Positions 9,583 through 19,484 of a stretch of 64,000 nt of DNA are shown here, in pieces (the stretch's first letter is position 1; every line of letters begins with the position of its first letter). A program made the position numbers and the translations under genes. The notes beneath the pieces were generated by a model. The model did no database searches and was not told where the DNA came from. It saw only the letters and a list, made by a program, of their open reading frames with translations. The DNA lies in contig OY762492.1 in the NCBI GenBank assembly GCA_963665845.2, positions 1,088,001 through 1,152,000 on the forward strand, read 5' to 3'. This stretch comes from Candidatus Poribacteria bacterium. Lineage in GTDB: Bacteria > Poribacteria > WGA-4E > GCA-2687025.

Positions 9583-10386
9583 TTGAAACGCATACTCATC
9601 ACCGGCGGCTTGGGACGCATCGGCACGGTCTTATGCCGAGAGCTGCGCGGCCGTTATATCACGCGCTCTTACGACCTGCGCCCTCAAGAAGAGGCGGACG
9701 AAAACTACATCGGCAACATCACCGACGAGGAGGCGCTCGCGGACGCCTGCGCCGATGTTTCCGCTGTCGTTCATCTCGCCGCGATACCCGGCGACGCCGA
9801 CATCAACCTGCTCATCGACACGAACATACGCGGAACCTACTGCGTCTATGAAGCGGCGCGTCGGGCGGGCGTTCCAAAGGTGGTCTTCGCCAGCACGAAC
9901 CATGTCTCCGGCATGTGGGAGAAGTCGGGCGTTTATGCGACGCCCGATATGCCGGTCCGCCCCGATTCGCTTTACGCCGTCACGAAGGCGGCGGGGGAAG
10001 CGACCGCCCGCTTCTTCGCCGACAAGCATGGGATCGCCTCGGTCTGTCTGCGCATCGGCGGGTTCAGCCCCGAAGACAAGCCGGGCGGCGTCCGCAGTCT
10101 TTACACATTATGTACACACCGCGACATGGGGCAGCTGGTCGACAAGGCGGTTCAGACCGACAAGCTGTTTGCGATTGTGAACGGCGTCTCCAACCACCCG
10201 AAAGCGTATCAGGACCTGGAGGCGGGGCGCGAATGGATCGGGTATGAGCCGCAGGACGGCGCCGAGGATTGGGTTCAGGATTTCAGCGCGGAGCAGCAGG
10301 CGCAGTATGAGGCGCTGCGCTGGCGCAAGTTGAACCGCGGCGAGATGCTGAAGGCGTGGACGGAGGAGCCGCCGAAACGCCGTTGA
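9583..10386 (+). CDS. NAD-dependent epimerase/dehydratase family SDR (uronate dehydrogenase-like)
   Basis: TGGLGRIG, VHLAA, FASTNH, PDSLYAVTK, LRIG. Confidence 0.8.
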   Translation: MKRILITGGLGRIGTVLCRELRGRYITRSYDLRPQEEADENYIGNITDEEALADACADVSAVVHLAAIPGDADINLLIDTNIRGTYCVYEAARRAGVPKVVFASTNHVSGMWEKSGVYATPDMPVRPDSLYAVTKAAGEATARFFADKHGIASVCLRIGGFSPEDKPGGVRSLYTLCTHRDMGQLVDKAVQTDKLFAIVNGVSNHPKAYQDLEAGREWIGYEPQDGAEDWVQDFSAEQQAQYEALRWRKLNRGEMLKAWTEEPPKRR

Positions 10387-10452
10387 AATCTGCAGGCGTT
10401 CGCATTAGAATACGCCCAGCATTCAGATCACCATCTCGATGAGGAGCGGCGC

Positions 10453-11745
10453 ATGGCGAACGCAGGCGAGCGGATCGCGAAAAACGGGGGCGGCTTGAGC
10501 GTCCCAGACAACCCGATCATCCCTTTCATACGCGGCGACGGAACCGGCCCGGACATCTGGCGCGCCGCCGAGGCGGTCTTTGACGCGGCGGTGGAGAAAG
10601 CGTACGGCGGCAGGCGCCAAATCGCATGGCGCGAGGTGTACGCCGGTCAGGCGGCGTTCGACAAGCTCGGAACATGGCTGCCCGACGAGACGGTCGAAGC
10701 GTTTCAAGAGTGTCTGATCGGGATCAAAGGTCCGCTCACGACGCCGGTCGGCGGCGGCATCCGTTCGCTGAATGTGGCGCTGCGCCAGCTGCTGGATCTG
10801 TATGTATGCCTGCGCCCTGTGCGCCATTTTGCGGGCGTTCCGTCGCCTGTGAAAAAGCCTGAGCTGGTCGACATGGTGGTCTTTAGAGAAAACACGGAGG
10901 ACATCTACGCAGGGATCGAATACGCCGCTGGAACGCCTGAAGCGGCGCGTTTTCTTGAGTTTCTGAAAAACGATTTCCCCGACGATTTTGACAGGATCCG
11001 TTTCGGCGCTGAACATAGCGAGACGGTCGGCGTCGGGGTCAAGCCTGTGAGCCGCATTGGGACGGAGCGGCTTGTCCGCGCCGCGCTCAACTACGCCATC
11101 CAGTATGGGCGCAAGAGCGTCACGATTGTCCATAAAGGCAACATCATGAAGTTCACCGAGGGCGCTTTCCGCGACTGGGCTTATGCGCTGGCGGAGCGCG
11201 AGTTCGGCGGCGAAACCTACACATGGGGTCAATGGAACCGAACGGCGGAAGCGGAAGGCGAAGACGCCGCCAACGCCGAGCAGCAGGCGGCGCTGGACGC
11301 CGGCAAAATACTGGTGAAAGACGCCATCGCGGACATCGCGCTTCAACAGGTGTTGACGCGCCCGACCGAGTTTGACGTCATTGCGACGCTGAACCTGAAC
11401 GGCGATTATCTGTCGGACGCGCTCGCGGCGCAGGTGGGCGGCATCGGCATCGCGCCCGGCGGAAACATCAACTACGACACGGGGCATGCCATTTTTGAGG
11501 CAACGCATGGCACCGCGCCGAAATACGCCGATCTCGACCAGGTGAACCCAAGCAGCGTCATTCTGTCGGGCGTTTTGATGCTGGAGTATCTCGGTTGGCG
11601 CGAAGCGGGCGCGCTGATTGTAAAGGGGATGGAGGCGAGCGTTCAACAGAAACGGGTCACCTACGATTTTGAGCGTCTCATGGAGGGGGCGACCAAGCTG
11701 AAAACCTCCGAGTTCGGGCAATCGATCATTGACCATATGGGTTGA
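10453..11745 (+). CDS. icd: NADP-dependent isocitrate dehydrogenase
   Basis: [59 protein letters not shown]. Confidence 0.97.
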   Translation: MANAGERIAKNGGGLSVPDNPIIPFIRGDGTGPDIWRAAEAVFDAAVEKAYGGRRQIAWREVYAGQAAFDKLGTWLPDETVEAFQECLIGIKGPLTTPVGGGIRSLNVALRQLLDLYVCLRPVRHFAGVPSPVKKPELVDMVVFRENTEDIYAGIEYAAGTPEAARFLEFLKNDFPDDFDRIRFGAEHSETVGVGVKPVSRIGTERLVRAALNYAIQYGRKSVTIVHKGNIMKFTEGAFRDWAYALAEREFGGETYTWGQWNRTAEAEGEDAANAEQQAALDAGKILVKDAIADIALQQVLTRPTEFDVIATLNLNGDYLSDALAAQVGGIGIAPGGNINYDTGHAIFEATHGTAPKYADLDQVNPSSVILSGVLMLEYLGWREAGALIVKGMEASVQQKRVTYDFERLMEGATKLKTSEFGQSIIDHMG

Positions 11746-11785
11746 ACAAGCAACCTAACCCCATACCTTTTCAGCAGACAGCGGC

Positions 11786-12577
11786 TCAAGCAATGGAAAA
11801 GGCGCGCCGCGCGCTGCCGTAAACCGTGACCTGTTTGTATGATTGGCTGTCCGAATCAAGATGGGCGGTGAGCAACTTAAAGATGGACGGCCCGTTCATT
11901 CGCCATTTGACTTCTCGGTAGTGGCGGTCGCTATCAACTCGTATTTCGATCTCGCCGACGTTCTTGTTGTGGCGGAAAATCACCTTTTGGTCGTCCATTT
12001 GAGTACGGTTTCTTGCCTTCGAGTTTCGAATCTCAAGATGTTCCGTTAAAAGCCTTACCACATCGCGTTGATCGAAAACATGAAAATGCTTTTGGTCAAT
12101 CGGGAGTGTGTTGGGTAAATCGCTGGGGAGGACGCTGAGATAATCGACTTCGCCCCCGTTGAAAAAGGATTTGTTCAAAAGAGCGGGGAATATATTCGGC
12201 TTTTCCATCTCCAGCTTAAGACGCCTCATCGGCTCTTGAAGCCGAATCTTCGCTGCCATTTTATCCGCAAGATATTCTGCGCGGCTTTCGGGAAATGCGT
12301 CCAGGCATTGAATCATGATCTCTGCAAGATCGCCGATGCCCATCAAGATCGTGTTGCTCAATAAGCGAGAGCGGGCGTAAAGAAAGACCTGCCACCATGT
12401 CCCGCCTTTAACCGAGTGCGAGCGATGTTGTTGGTCAATGACATCCTTTTTGTCTGTTGGCGCGCCCAAATTGACCTTCCCGCCAATAATCTCCTCGAAA
12501 TCGTACTCGTTCACATGACCGCTTATTTTTTTCAATGATGCCTGCTCAGGCGTCATCGCTTTCGCTTTCTTTTTCAT
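11786..12577 (-). CDS. Putative type II restriction endonuclease
   Basis: Lies 3 bp downstream of the MTase, is AT-richer than its neighbours, and has a PD-(D/E)XK-like D-V-I-D...S-V-K motif. Confidence 0.6.
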   Translation of the reverse strand: MKKKAKAMTPEQASLKKISGHVNEYDFEEIIGGKVNLGAPTDKKDVIDQQHRSHSVKGGTWWQVFLYARSRLLSNTILMGIGDLAEIMIQCLDAFPESRAEYLADKMAAKIRLQEPMRRLKLEMEKPNIFPALLNKSFFNGGEVDYLSVLPSDLPNTLPIDQKHFHVFDQRDVVRLLTEHLEIRNSKARNRTQMDDQKVIFRHNKNVGEIEIRVDSDRHYREVKWRMNGPSIFKLLTAHLDSDSQSYKQVTVYGSARRAFSIA

Positions 12578-12580
12578 AAA

Positions 12581-13549
12581 TTATCCTTTTTTGACAATCA
12601 GCAGCTCATGCGACCGCTTCACATGCCCGGCGCCCTGCTCCATGCGGTTTTTGCCGATGCGCGTCTCGCCTTGACCCAGGGTGTACTGCCACCGTACCTC
12701 CAGAACCTGAAAGTCGGCGTACCATCTTCTGACCGTTTTGCAGTCGTTATAGGACAGCACAAATCCGCCGCGGTGGTTGTGAAGCAGGTCGCGCAGCCGC
12801 TCATGTTGAAAGCCGTTGTGGTGGACGGGAAAGTTGCGCTGCGGATAAATGCCGCGAAACATCTTGCCCTCGTCCAAATAATACGGCGGATCGCAGTACA
12901 GAAAATCGCGCGGGTGGGCGGGTATCGTCTCTTCAAAGCTGCCGACATTTGCGGTCAACGAGGGGCAGCGGAAGTTGCGCACGGTCTCAACGGCGCGCGC
13001 GTATCGGCTCGGCGATTCGTAAATTTTAGACATCCAACCGAGAAAGCCCGGCCCGTAGGAGAGGTTATGGTTGAACCAGTAATGCGCCGCCAGCTCCATT
13101 GGGTCTTCGATCCGTTCCTCCTCCGTCCAGTGCGCTTTGAGCCGTTGTTTGATCTCGGCGTACTGCGTCTTGGTCGGCTCCCATTTTTCAAGCTTGTCTG
13201 CCAGCTTGCCGCCTGATTTCAGCTGCGTTTGCCAGTAGTTGATGAGTATGTCGAAGATGTCGTATGCGCGGACGCGCGCGCCCAGCTCCTTCGCCGCGGC
13301 GATCTCCACCGCGCCGCCGCCGATAAACGGCGACATGAGCCGCGTCAGGTCGTCGGGCAGATGCTCAAACACATAGCCGACGCCGAGGCTTTTGCCGCCG
13401 GCGTAACGAATCGGAAGCCCGCGGTAACGCTTGTATTGATACTTGCCCTGGCTTTTCAGCGACTCCAAAAAACGTATGCGCGCGGGAGTCTCTAAAAGGT
13501 CTCGTTGGACGGCGGGGCGGGTCTTGTCGGCGTCGGTTTGAGGCGGCAT
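12581..13549 (-). CDS. Dam/D12-class N6-adenine DNA methyltransferase
   Basis: IRYAGGKS, SPFIGGGAV, YCDPPYY, VLSYND. Confidence 0.92.
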   Translation of the reverse strand: MPPQTDADKTRPAVQRDLLETPARIRFLESLKSQGKYQYKRYRGLPIRYAGGKSLGVGYVFEHLPDDLTRLMSPFIGGGAVEIAAAKELGARVRAYDIFDILINYWQTQLKSGGKLADKLEKWEPTKTQYAEIKQRLKAHWTEEERIEDPMELAAHYWFNHNLSYGPGFLGWMSKIYESPSRYARAVETVRNFRCPSLTANVGSFEETIPAHPRDFLYCDPPYYLDEGKMFRGIYPQRNFPVHHNGFQHERLRDLLHNHRGGFVLSYNDCKTVRRWYADFQVLEVRWQYTLGQGETRIGKNRMEQGAGHVKRSHELLIVKKG

Positions 13550-13720
13550 CGGGAGCCTTCTCCATAGGGCTTGGTTGAGGCATGATACGGCGCTGCGCCT
13601 TTGCTGTCAAGAAAACGCTTCTGGATTCCCGCCCGCGCTCACCCGCCGACATGTGTAAAAGACGCGGGCATGCTATAATTAAACCGAAGCAAACAGAGCC
13701 GAACATCGGAAGGAACCGCC

Positions 13721-14788
13721 TTGGACTCAAGAGAGCGACTGCTGAAACGACTGACCGAAGCCCCAGGACTGCCCGGCTACGAAGGACCTATCCGAGACAT
13801 CTTCCTGGACGAAACGGACGGACTGGGCGACATCGAACTGGACCGCCTCGGCTCCGTCTCCTGTCAAAAAACGGGTACCGCCGACTCGCCGCGCATCATG
13901 CTTGCCGGACATATGGACGAGGTGGGCTGGATCGTCCGCAGCATTGACGACAACGGCTACATCAAATTCCGCCCCCTCGGCGGATGGTGGAGCCAGGTCA
14001 TGCTCGCGCAGCGCGTGACCGTCTACACCCGAAACGGCTCCTACACAGGCGTTACCGGCAGCAAGCCGCCTCACCTTCTCGGCGACAAACGCAACAGCGT
14101 CGTCAAAATGGAAGACATTTACATCGACATGGGCGTCTCGGACGGCAAATATGTGACCGAAGAGATGGGCGTCCAGATTGGCGATATGATCGTCCCCAAA
14201 AGCGAATTTGAGATCGTCGGCGACGGCAAGTTTTATGTCGCCAAAGCGTTCGACAACCGCGTCGCTGTCGCCGCCGTCATCGAAACGCTGCGCGCCTTGG
14301 AGGGCGAGAATCATCCGAACGCGGTCTTCGGCGTCGGCACTGTACAAGAGGAGGTCGGCTTGCGCGGCGCGCGCACCAGCTCCTGGGTCGCGCAGCCGGA
14401 CATCGCTTTCTCGCTTGATGTCGGCATCGCGGGCGACGTCCCAGGCATCAGCCAGTACGAAGCCTCCATGAAGATGGGCAAAGGTCCGGCGCTGCTGTAC
14501 TACGACAACTCGATCATCCCGCATCTGAACCTGCGCGACTTCGTCGTTGACACCGCAAAAGAGGAGGAGATACCGCTCCAGTCCGACTTCGTCATGGGCG
14601 GAACGGACGGCGGCGCGATTCACCTACATCAGCGCGGCGTGCCGACCGTCACCATCTGCGTTCCGTCCCGGCATATTCACAGCCACACCAGCATGATTCA
14701 CCGGGACGACTTTGATCAAATCGTCAGCCTGCTTGCCGCGCTCATCATGCGCCTAGACAGCGATACGGTTGCGAGCTTGCAGTATTAG
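13721..14788 (+). CDS. M42 family metallo-aminopeptidase
   Basis: AGHMDEVG, KAFDNR, VQEEVGLRGA, GGTDGG, RHIHS. Confidence 0.93.
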   Translation: MDSRERLLKRLTEAPGLPGYEGPIRDIFLDETDGLGDIELDRLGSVSCQKTGTADSPRIMLAGHMDEVGWIVRSIDDNGYIKFRPLGGWWSQVMLAQRVTVYTRNGSYTGVTGSKPPHLLGDKRNSVVKMEDIYIDMGVSDGKYVTEEMGVQIGDMIVPKSEFEIVGDGKFYVAKAFDNRVAVAAVIETLRALEGENHPNAVFGVGTVQEEVGLRGARTSSWVAQPDIAFSLDVGIAGDVPGISQYEASMKMGKGPALLYYDNSIIPHLNLRDFVVDTAKEEEIPLQSDFVMGGTDGGAIHLHQRGVPTVTICVPSRHIHSHTSMIHRDDFDQIVSLLAALIMRLDSDTVASLQY

Positions 14789-14801
14789 AAAGGGACGGCG
14801 T

Positions 14802-15914
14802 TTGCGGCGCATCTCTTGGAAAACCATCGGGGCAATAGCGGCGTTTGCCTTCCTATGCGCGGGTTTCTCCTCCGCCGAGGAGACTCGTCCGCTCCGCGTT
14901 CTGATCTGCCATTTTCCGCCGCTTGTTCAAGCGGTTGAGAACGCTCCAGCGGAAAGCGGGCAGTATGAGGGGTTCGACATCGACCTGTGGGAAGCGATTG
15001 TTGAGGAGATCGGGTTTGAAACAGGCGAGAAGCCGCTCTTTGAATACAAGATGGTCAAGTTCCATACAGTGTTTGACAGGCTGGTGAACGGCGAAGCGGA
15101 CGCGGCGATCGCCGGCATCACGATCAACGGGGAGCGGGAGAAGCGGGTCGACTTTTCGCATCAGTATCTGGAATCGGGCTTGCGGGTGTTGACGCGAAAG
15201 GCGCCGAAGGTGTCCATCTTCTCCGCCATCAAGACGCTCTTCGCGCGCGACCGCCTGATGTGGGCGGTTTATATGGCGGTCTTCATCGTCGTCTGCGGGC
15301 ATATTCTCTGGTTCTCGGAACGCGGCGACGACGAGGCGATCAGCAACACCTATTTTCGCGGGATACTGGATGCGTTCTGGTGCGTCGTGGCGACGATGAC
15401 GACGGTCGGGTTCGGCGACATCGCGCCGCGCACCTGGTGGGGGCGTTTCACGACGTTTTGCGTCATGATCACCGGGATCGCGTTTTTTGGAATTGCGATT
15501 GCGCAGTTGACCGTCGGGTTGACGGCGCAGAGCGACACGGTTTTGATTCAGTCGCAGGACGATCTCGCCGACCGTAAGATTGCGACGGTGAAAGGCTCCA
15601 CCAGCGTGGGTTTTTTAAAAGATGCGCGCAGCATACCGATTGAAAAAGACACGATAGACGACGCCGTCGACAGCTTGGAGGCGGGAGAGGCGGAGGCGGT
15701 GGTGTTTGACGCGCCGCCGCTGATGAAGCTGCATGCCGCCCGCCAGAATTCAGAACTGGAGATGGTCGGGGAGATGTTTGAGAAGCAGCATTACGGCATC
15801 GCATTTCCGCAGGGGTCGCCGCTGCGCGAGCAGGTCAACCGCGGCCTGCTCGGCATACGAAAGAACGGCGTCTACGACAGGCTGCGCCGCCGATGGTTCG
15901 GTAAAGAAGGTTAA
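14802..15914 (+). CDS. GluR0-like ligand-gated K+ channel (split substrate-binding domain around a K+ pore)
   Basis: SBP half (GFDIDLW...ITINGEREKRVDFS), TM-pore-TM segment with TMTTVGFGD, second SBP half (VVFDAP...YGIAFPQGSPLREQVN). Start codon uncertain. Confidence 0.85.
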   Translation: MRRISWKTIGAIAAFAFLCAGFSSAEETRPLRVLICHFPPLVQAVENAPAESGQYEGFDIDLWEAIVEEIGFETGEKPLFEYKMVKFHTVFDRLVNGEADAAIAGITINGEREKRVDFSHQYLESGLRVLTRKAPKVSIFSAIKTLFARDRLMWAVYMAVFIVVCGHILWFSERGDDEAISNTYFRGILDAFWCVVATMTTVGFGDIAPRTWWGRFTTFCVMITGIAFFGIAIAQLTVGLTAQSDTVLIQSQDDLADRKIATVKGSTSVGFLKDARSIPIEKDTIDDAVDSLEAGEAEAVVFDAPPLMKLHAARQNSELEMVGEMFEKQHYGIAFPQGSPLREQVNRGLLGIRKNGVYDRLRRRWFGKEG

Positions 15915-15944
15915 CGCCGCCCCGCATTCCTCGCCCCCCAGGCT

Positions 15945-15983
15945 GTCATTCCCGCCCTTGCGGTAAAACGTGCGGGAATCCAG
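15945..15983. repeat. CGTC/dRS3-like REP hairpin, long-loop variant
   Basis: GTCATTCCCGC...GCGGGAATCC. Confidence 0.75.
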
Positions 15984-16034
15984 AGTCCCCGCCGAAACCG
16001 TCTGCGTTCAACATTCGGCGTCAACCCCGCTTCC

Positions 16035-16131
16035 GTCTGAACTAGGATTGCCAAGATTGAAAAGATTGCCAAGAGGATTCCCGTAAGCCGCTCTCTTGGC
16101 AATCTTAATCATCCTTCCATCCTAGTTCAAA
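16035..16131. repeat. ~97-bp palindromic MITE-like element, copy 1
   Basis: TGAACTAGGAT...ATCCTAGTTCA ends with inner AAGATTGCCAAGAG/CTCTTGGCAATCTT arms; second copy at 58167-58261. Confidence 0.85.
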
Positions 16132-16265
16132 GCGCAAACCGCGCAAACCCCCTTGACAAGGAGGAGTCCAGAAAACCCGCGCGCTGCCCGCTGTCCGCGT
16201 CCTTGACAAAACCGCGCATATGTCTCATATTAAAGCGATGGCAGCCTCTTTCTAGGGAGACAGCA

Positions 16266-17690
16266 ATGGAGCCGAACCACCTTTACTACGGCGACTGCCT
16301 AGACTGGATGCGGCAGTGGGACGCCGAATGCGTTGACCTGATCTACCTGGATCCGCCGTTCAACAGCGCCGCCAAATACAATGTCCTCTTCGCCGATGAA
16401 CCCGCAGGCGGCAAGGCGCAATATCGAGCCTTCAACGACACATGGCACTGGGACGACGCGGCGGTTGAGCGTTATGAAGCGTTTGAAAACGCCTTAGCGA
16501 AACCCGCCCGCGATACGATCGTCGGCTTGCGGCAAATACTCGGCAAAAGCGGTATGCTGGCGTATCTCACCTATATGGCGGAGCGGCTGATCGAGATGCG
16601 CCGCTTGCTGAAACCGACAGGCTCGCTCTATCTCCATTGCGACCCGACCGCCAGCCATTATCTCAAAATTGTGATGGACGCTATCTTCGGCAAGAAGAAT
16701 TTTAGAAATGAACTCGTGTGGTCATATCGTCGATGGCCGGCAAAACAACAGAATTTTCAAAGGATGCATGATGTCATCTTCCGATATTCTAAGACCGATA
16801 AGGTCATCTGGAATCAACTTTATGAGCCGTTGGCTGAATCAACGCTGAAGCGTTTTGGAGGCAAGCAAATTGTAAGCGCGATAAACGAAGACGGCCAGCG
16901 GGATCCATCGGTTACGTCAGACGAGAAATCGATGGGACCTCCCATGCGCGACGTTTGGAATATCGGCATTATTGCGCCAGCCGCCAAAGAGCGTCTAGGT
17001 TATCCGACGCAGAAGCCGCTTGCGCTGCTGGAGCGCATTATCAAGGCGTCCTCCAACGAAGGCGACATCGTCTTAGACCCGTTCTGCGGATGCGGCACAT
17101 CCATCGACGCCGCCCGGCGCCTCAACCGCCGATGGGCGGGCATTGACATCAGCTCTTTTGCGATCGACCTGATACGCAAGGAGCGGTTTAAAAACGAAGA
17201 CATACCCGCGAAGGGAATACCGCGGGACATGGCGTCGGCGCGCAAGTTGGCGCGCGAGAAGCCGTTCGATTTTGAATCCTGGGCGGTGATGCGCCTGCCA
17301 GGGTTCGCGCCGAATATGAAGCAGACAGGCGACGGCGGCGTGGACGGCAGGGCGGCGTTGGCGCATGCTCCGGACGGCGCCGAGTCGCGCCTCGCTTTAG
17401 CGCAGGTGAAGGGCGGGCGGTTCAGCCTGTCGCATCTGCGCGATTTCAGCGGCGTCATGGAACGCGATCAGGCGGCTCTCGGCTATTACATCACGTTGGA
17501 TCCTGTAGAGACGCGCGCCGCCCGGGCGGAAGCGCGCGAAAAAGGCAAGATCGCCATCCTAGGCGCCGAGTATGAACGGCTGCAGCTCTGGTCGATTCAT
17601 GACTATTTTGAACGGCGGCTTCCCAACCTTCCGCAGATGCTGAATCCGTACACGGGCAAGGAGCTGGATCAAACGCTCGCCCTGTTTTGA
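16266..17690 (+). CDS. N6/N4 DNA methyltransferase fused to a C-terminal Mrr-like nuclease domain
   Basis: [30 protein letters not shown], then DGGVDG...AQVKGG. GGAG RBS before ATG 16266. Confidence 0.85.
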   Translation: MEPNHLYYGDCLDWMRQWDAECVDLIYLDPPFNSAAKYNVLFADEPAGGKAQYRAFNDTWHWDDAAVERYEAFENALAKPARDTIVGLRQILGKSGMLAYLTYMAERLIEMRRLLKPTGSLYLHCDPTASHYLKIVMDAIFGKKNFRNELVWSYRRWPAKQQNFQRMHDVIFRYSKTDKVIWNQLYEPLAESTLKRFGGKQIVSAINEDGQRDPSVTSDEKSMGPPMRDVWNIGIIAPAAKERLGYPTQKPLALLERIIKASSNEGDIVLDPFCGCGTSIDAARRLNRRWAGIDISSFAIDLIRKERFKNEDIPAKGIPRDMASARKLAREKPFDFESWAVMRLPGFAPNMKQTGDGGVDGRAALAHAPDGAESRLALAQVKGGRFSLSHLRDFSGVMERDQAALGYYITLDPVETRAARAEAREKGKIAILGAEYERLQLWSIHDYFERRLPNLPQMLNPYTGKELDQTLALF

Positions 17691-17692
17691 CA

Positions 17693-17783
17693 TCGTCATT
17701 TCCGCGCAAAGCGGAAAACCCCCAGCCCTCTTTTCAAAGGGAATCGGACGCGGCGCGAATATCCCCGTATGAGTGTACTGCCT
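17693..17783. repeat. Degenerate mosaic REP cluster
   Basis: CGTCATTTCCGCG hairpin, TTTTCAA hairpin and AATATCCCCGTATGAG module. Confidence 0.7.
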
Positions 17784-17887
17784 CAGAAAAGGACAGCTTG
17801 CGTCATGCGGCGCGTCAGGCTATCATAAACAAACGCGCGCGCTTATTTTTTAGGAAACGAATTGAGCGGAATCCAGAAAGGGTTGAC

Positions 17888-18961
17888 ATGAGCAGAAAAA
17901 CGCGGATTGCGATCGTCGGAACAGGCAATTGCGCCTCTTCACTCGTACAAGGCCTCTACTACTACCAGAACGCCTCCGACCAGGACCATGTCCCAGGGCT
18001 GATGCATGTCCGCCTCGGCGGGTACCACGTTTCGGACGTTGAGGCGGTCGCGGCGTTCGATGTGGACGACAACAAGGTCGGGCGCGATCTGAGCGACGCG
18101 CTCATGTCGCCCATCAACAACACGATCAAGTTCGCCGACATACCGCCGACCGGCGTCCAGGTGATGCGCGGACCGACCGGCGACGGGCTGGGGCGGTACT
18201 ACCGCCAGACGATACGCGAATCGGACGCGGAGCCGGTTGATGTCGCGCAGGCGTTGACCGACGCGAAGGCGGATGTGCTGGTGAACTATCTGCCCGTCGG
18301 AAGCGAAAAAGCGACGCGGTTCTATATGGAGCAGGCGCTGCAGGCGGGCGTCGCAGTCGTCAACTGCATCCCCGTTTTCATCTGCAGGCATGAGCGGTGG
18401 CGCGAGCGGTTTGAGGACGCCGGGCTTCCGATCATCGGCGACGACATCAAGGCGCAGATGGGCGCGACCATCGTTCACCGCGTCTTGACCCGCCTCTTCA
18501 ACGACCGGGGCGTCTTGATGGAGCGCACCTCGCAGCTGAATGTCGGCGGAAACATGGACTTCCTGAACATGCTGGAGAAGGAGCGGCTGGAGTCGAAGCG
18601 CATCAGCAAGACGGACGCCGTGACCTCGCAGCTGGATTACAAGGTGGAACCGCAGAATGTCTACATCGGACCGAGCGACCATATCCCGTGGCTTGAAGAC
18701 CGCAAATGGTGCCACATACGCATGGAGGGGCGCGAATTCGGCGATGTGCCGGTCAACATTGAGCTGAAGCTGGAGGTGTGGGACTCGCCGAACTCCGCGG
18801 GCGTGAGCATCGACGCGATACGGTGCTGCAAGTTGGCGCTGGACAGGGGCATCGGCGGACCGCTGCTGGGTCCGAGCGCCTATTTCATGAAGTCGCCGCC
18901 GATTCAGTACACCGATTCGGAGGCGCTGGAGATGGTGGAGAGCTTCATCGCCGGGCGGTAG
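17888..18961 (+). CDS. ino1: myo-inositol-1-phosphate synthase
   Basis: [55 protein letters not shown]. Confidence 0.95.
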   Translation: MSRKTRIAIVGTGNCASSLVQGLYYYQNASDQDHVPGLMHVRLGGYHVSDVEAVAAFDVDDNKVGRDLSDALMSPINNTIKFADIPPTGVQVMRGPTGDGLGRYYRQTIRESDAEPVDVAQALTDAKADVLVNYLPVGSEKATRFYMEQALQAGVAVVNCIPVFICRHERWRERFEDAGLPIIGDDIKAQMGATIVHRVLTRLFNDRGVLMERTSQLNVGGNMDFLNMLEKERLESKRISKTDAVTSQLDYKVEPQNVYIGPSDHIPWLEDRKWCHIRMEGREFGDVPVNIELKLEVWDSPNSAGVSIDAIRCCKLALDRGIGGPLLGPSAYFMKSPPIQYTDSEALEMVESFIAGR

Positions 18962-19012
18962 ACGCGCCGCGCGGTATAACATGCGGGAATCTTAGGCGCC
19001 GCCAACCAGACC

Positions 19013-19087
19013 GTTCCCCGCTTCCGCGAGGACATGCATTCCAGCGCAAGCGGGAATCCAGAGGCGCCGCAGACGACGTCCGCGTTC
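19013..19087 (+). repeat. REP mosaic; left arm of the inverted pair flanking the toxin cassette
   Basis: 19050-19087 matches the reverse complement of 20353-20390 at 35 of 38 positions. Confidence 0.85.
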
Positions 19088-19190
19088 GTATTTAGAGCGG
19101 AACGCCCTGAGCCGACTCTGTATTGGCTTAAGGGGATTATACGCTAGGCGATCCTTGTATTTTGATTTTGATTGGAAATAACGGTAACGT

Positions 19191-19481
19191 TTACGCTAGT
19201 GAGTGTCGTTTGGATCGCCACTGTTTTTTGATTTTTTCGTATTCGCCGTGTGGTCCTGTCCAAAACCACACCATTTCGTTTGCGTCTTTGTAGCCGAGGA
19301 CTCTGAAGTTTGTATTGATCCAGATGCGATAGAGGTTGTTTGCGACTTCGGCAATTCGGAGGCTGCTGTGTCGGTTGTCCTTGTCAAAAAATTCGAGTTT
19401 TCGGTCGACGATTTCTCGTATGTGCGGTTGGAGTTTGTTGTAGGATTTTTCCCATCGTTTTGGGCAGCGGCTTGCTTTCAC
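19191..19481 (-). CDS. RelE/ParE-superfamily toxin
   Basis: 96 aa with FDKDNRHSSLRI...YRIWINTNFRVLG...VWFWTGPHGEYEKI, matching the HPSL...R...WFWIG.H..Y pattern. Confidence 0.82.
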   Translation of the reverse strand: MKASRCPKRWEKSYNKLQPHIREIVDRKLEFFDKDNRHSSLRIAEVANNLYRIWINTNFRVLGYKDANEMVWFWTGPHGEYEKIKKQWRSKRHSLA

Positions 19482-19484
19482 CGT

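Noticed and set aside
10423-11736. Long antisense ORFs opposite icd, and similarly opposite ino1, the M42 peptidase, the amidohydrolase and the sulfatase
   Set aside because: Expected in GC-rich coding DNA; no recognisable motifs or RBS
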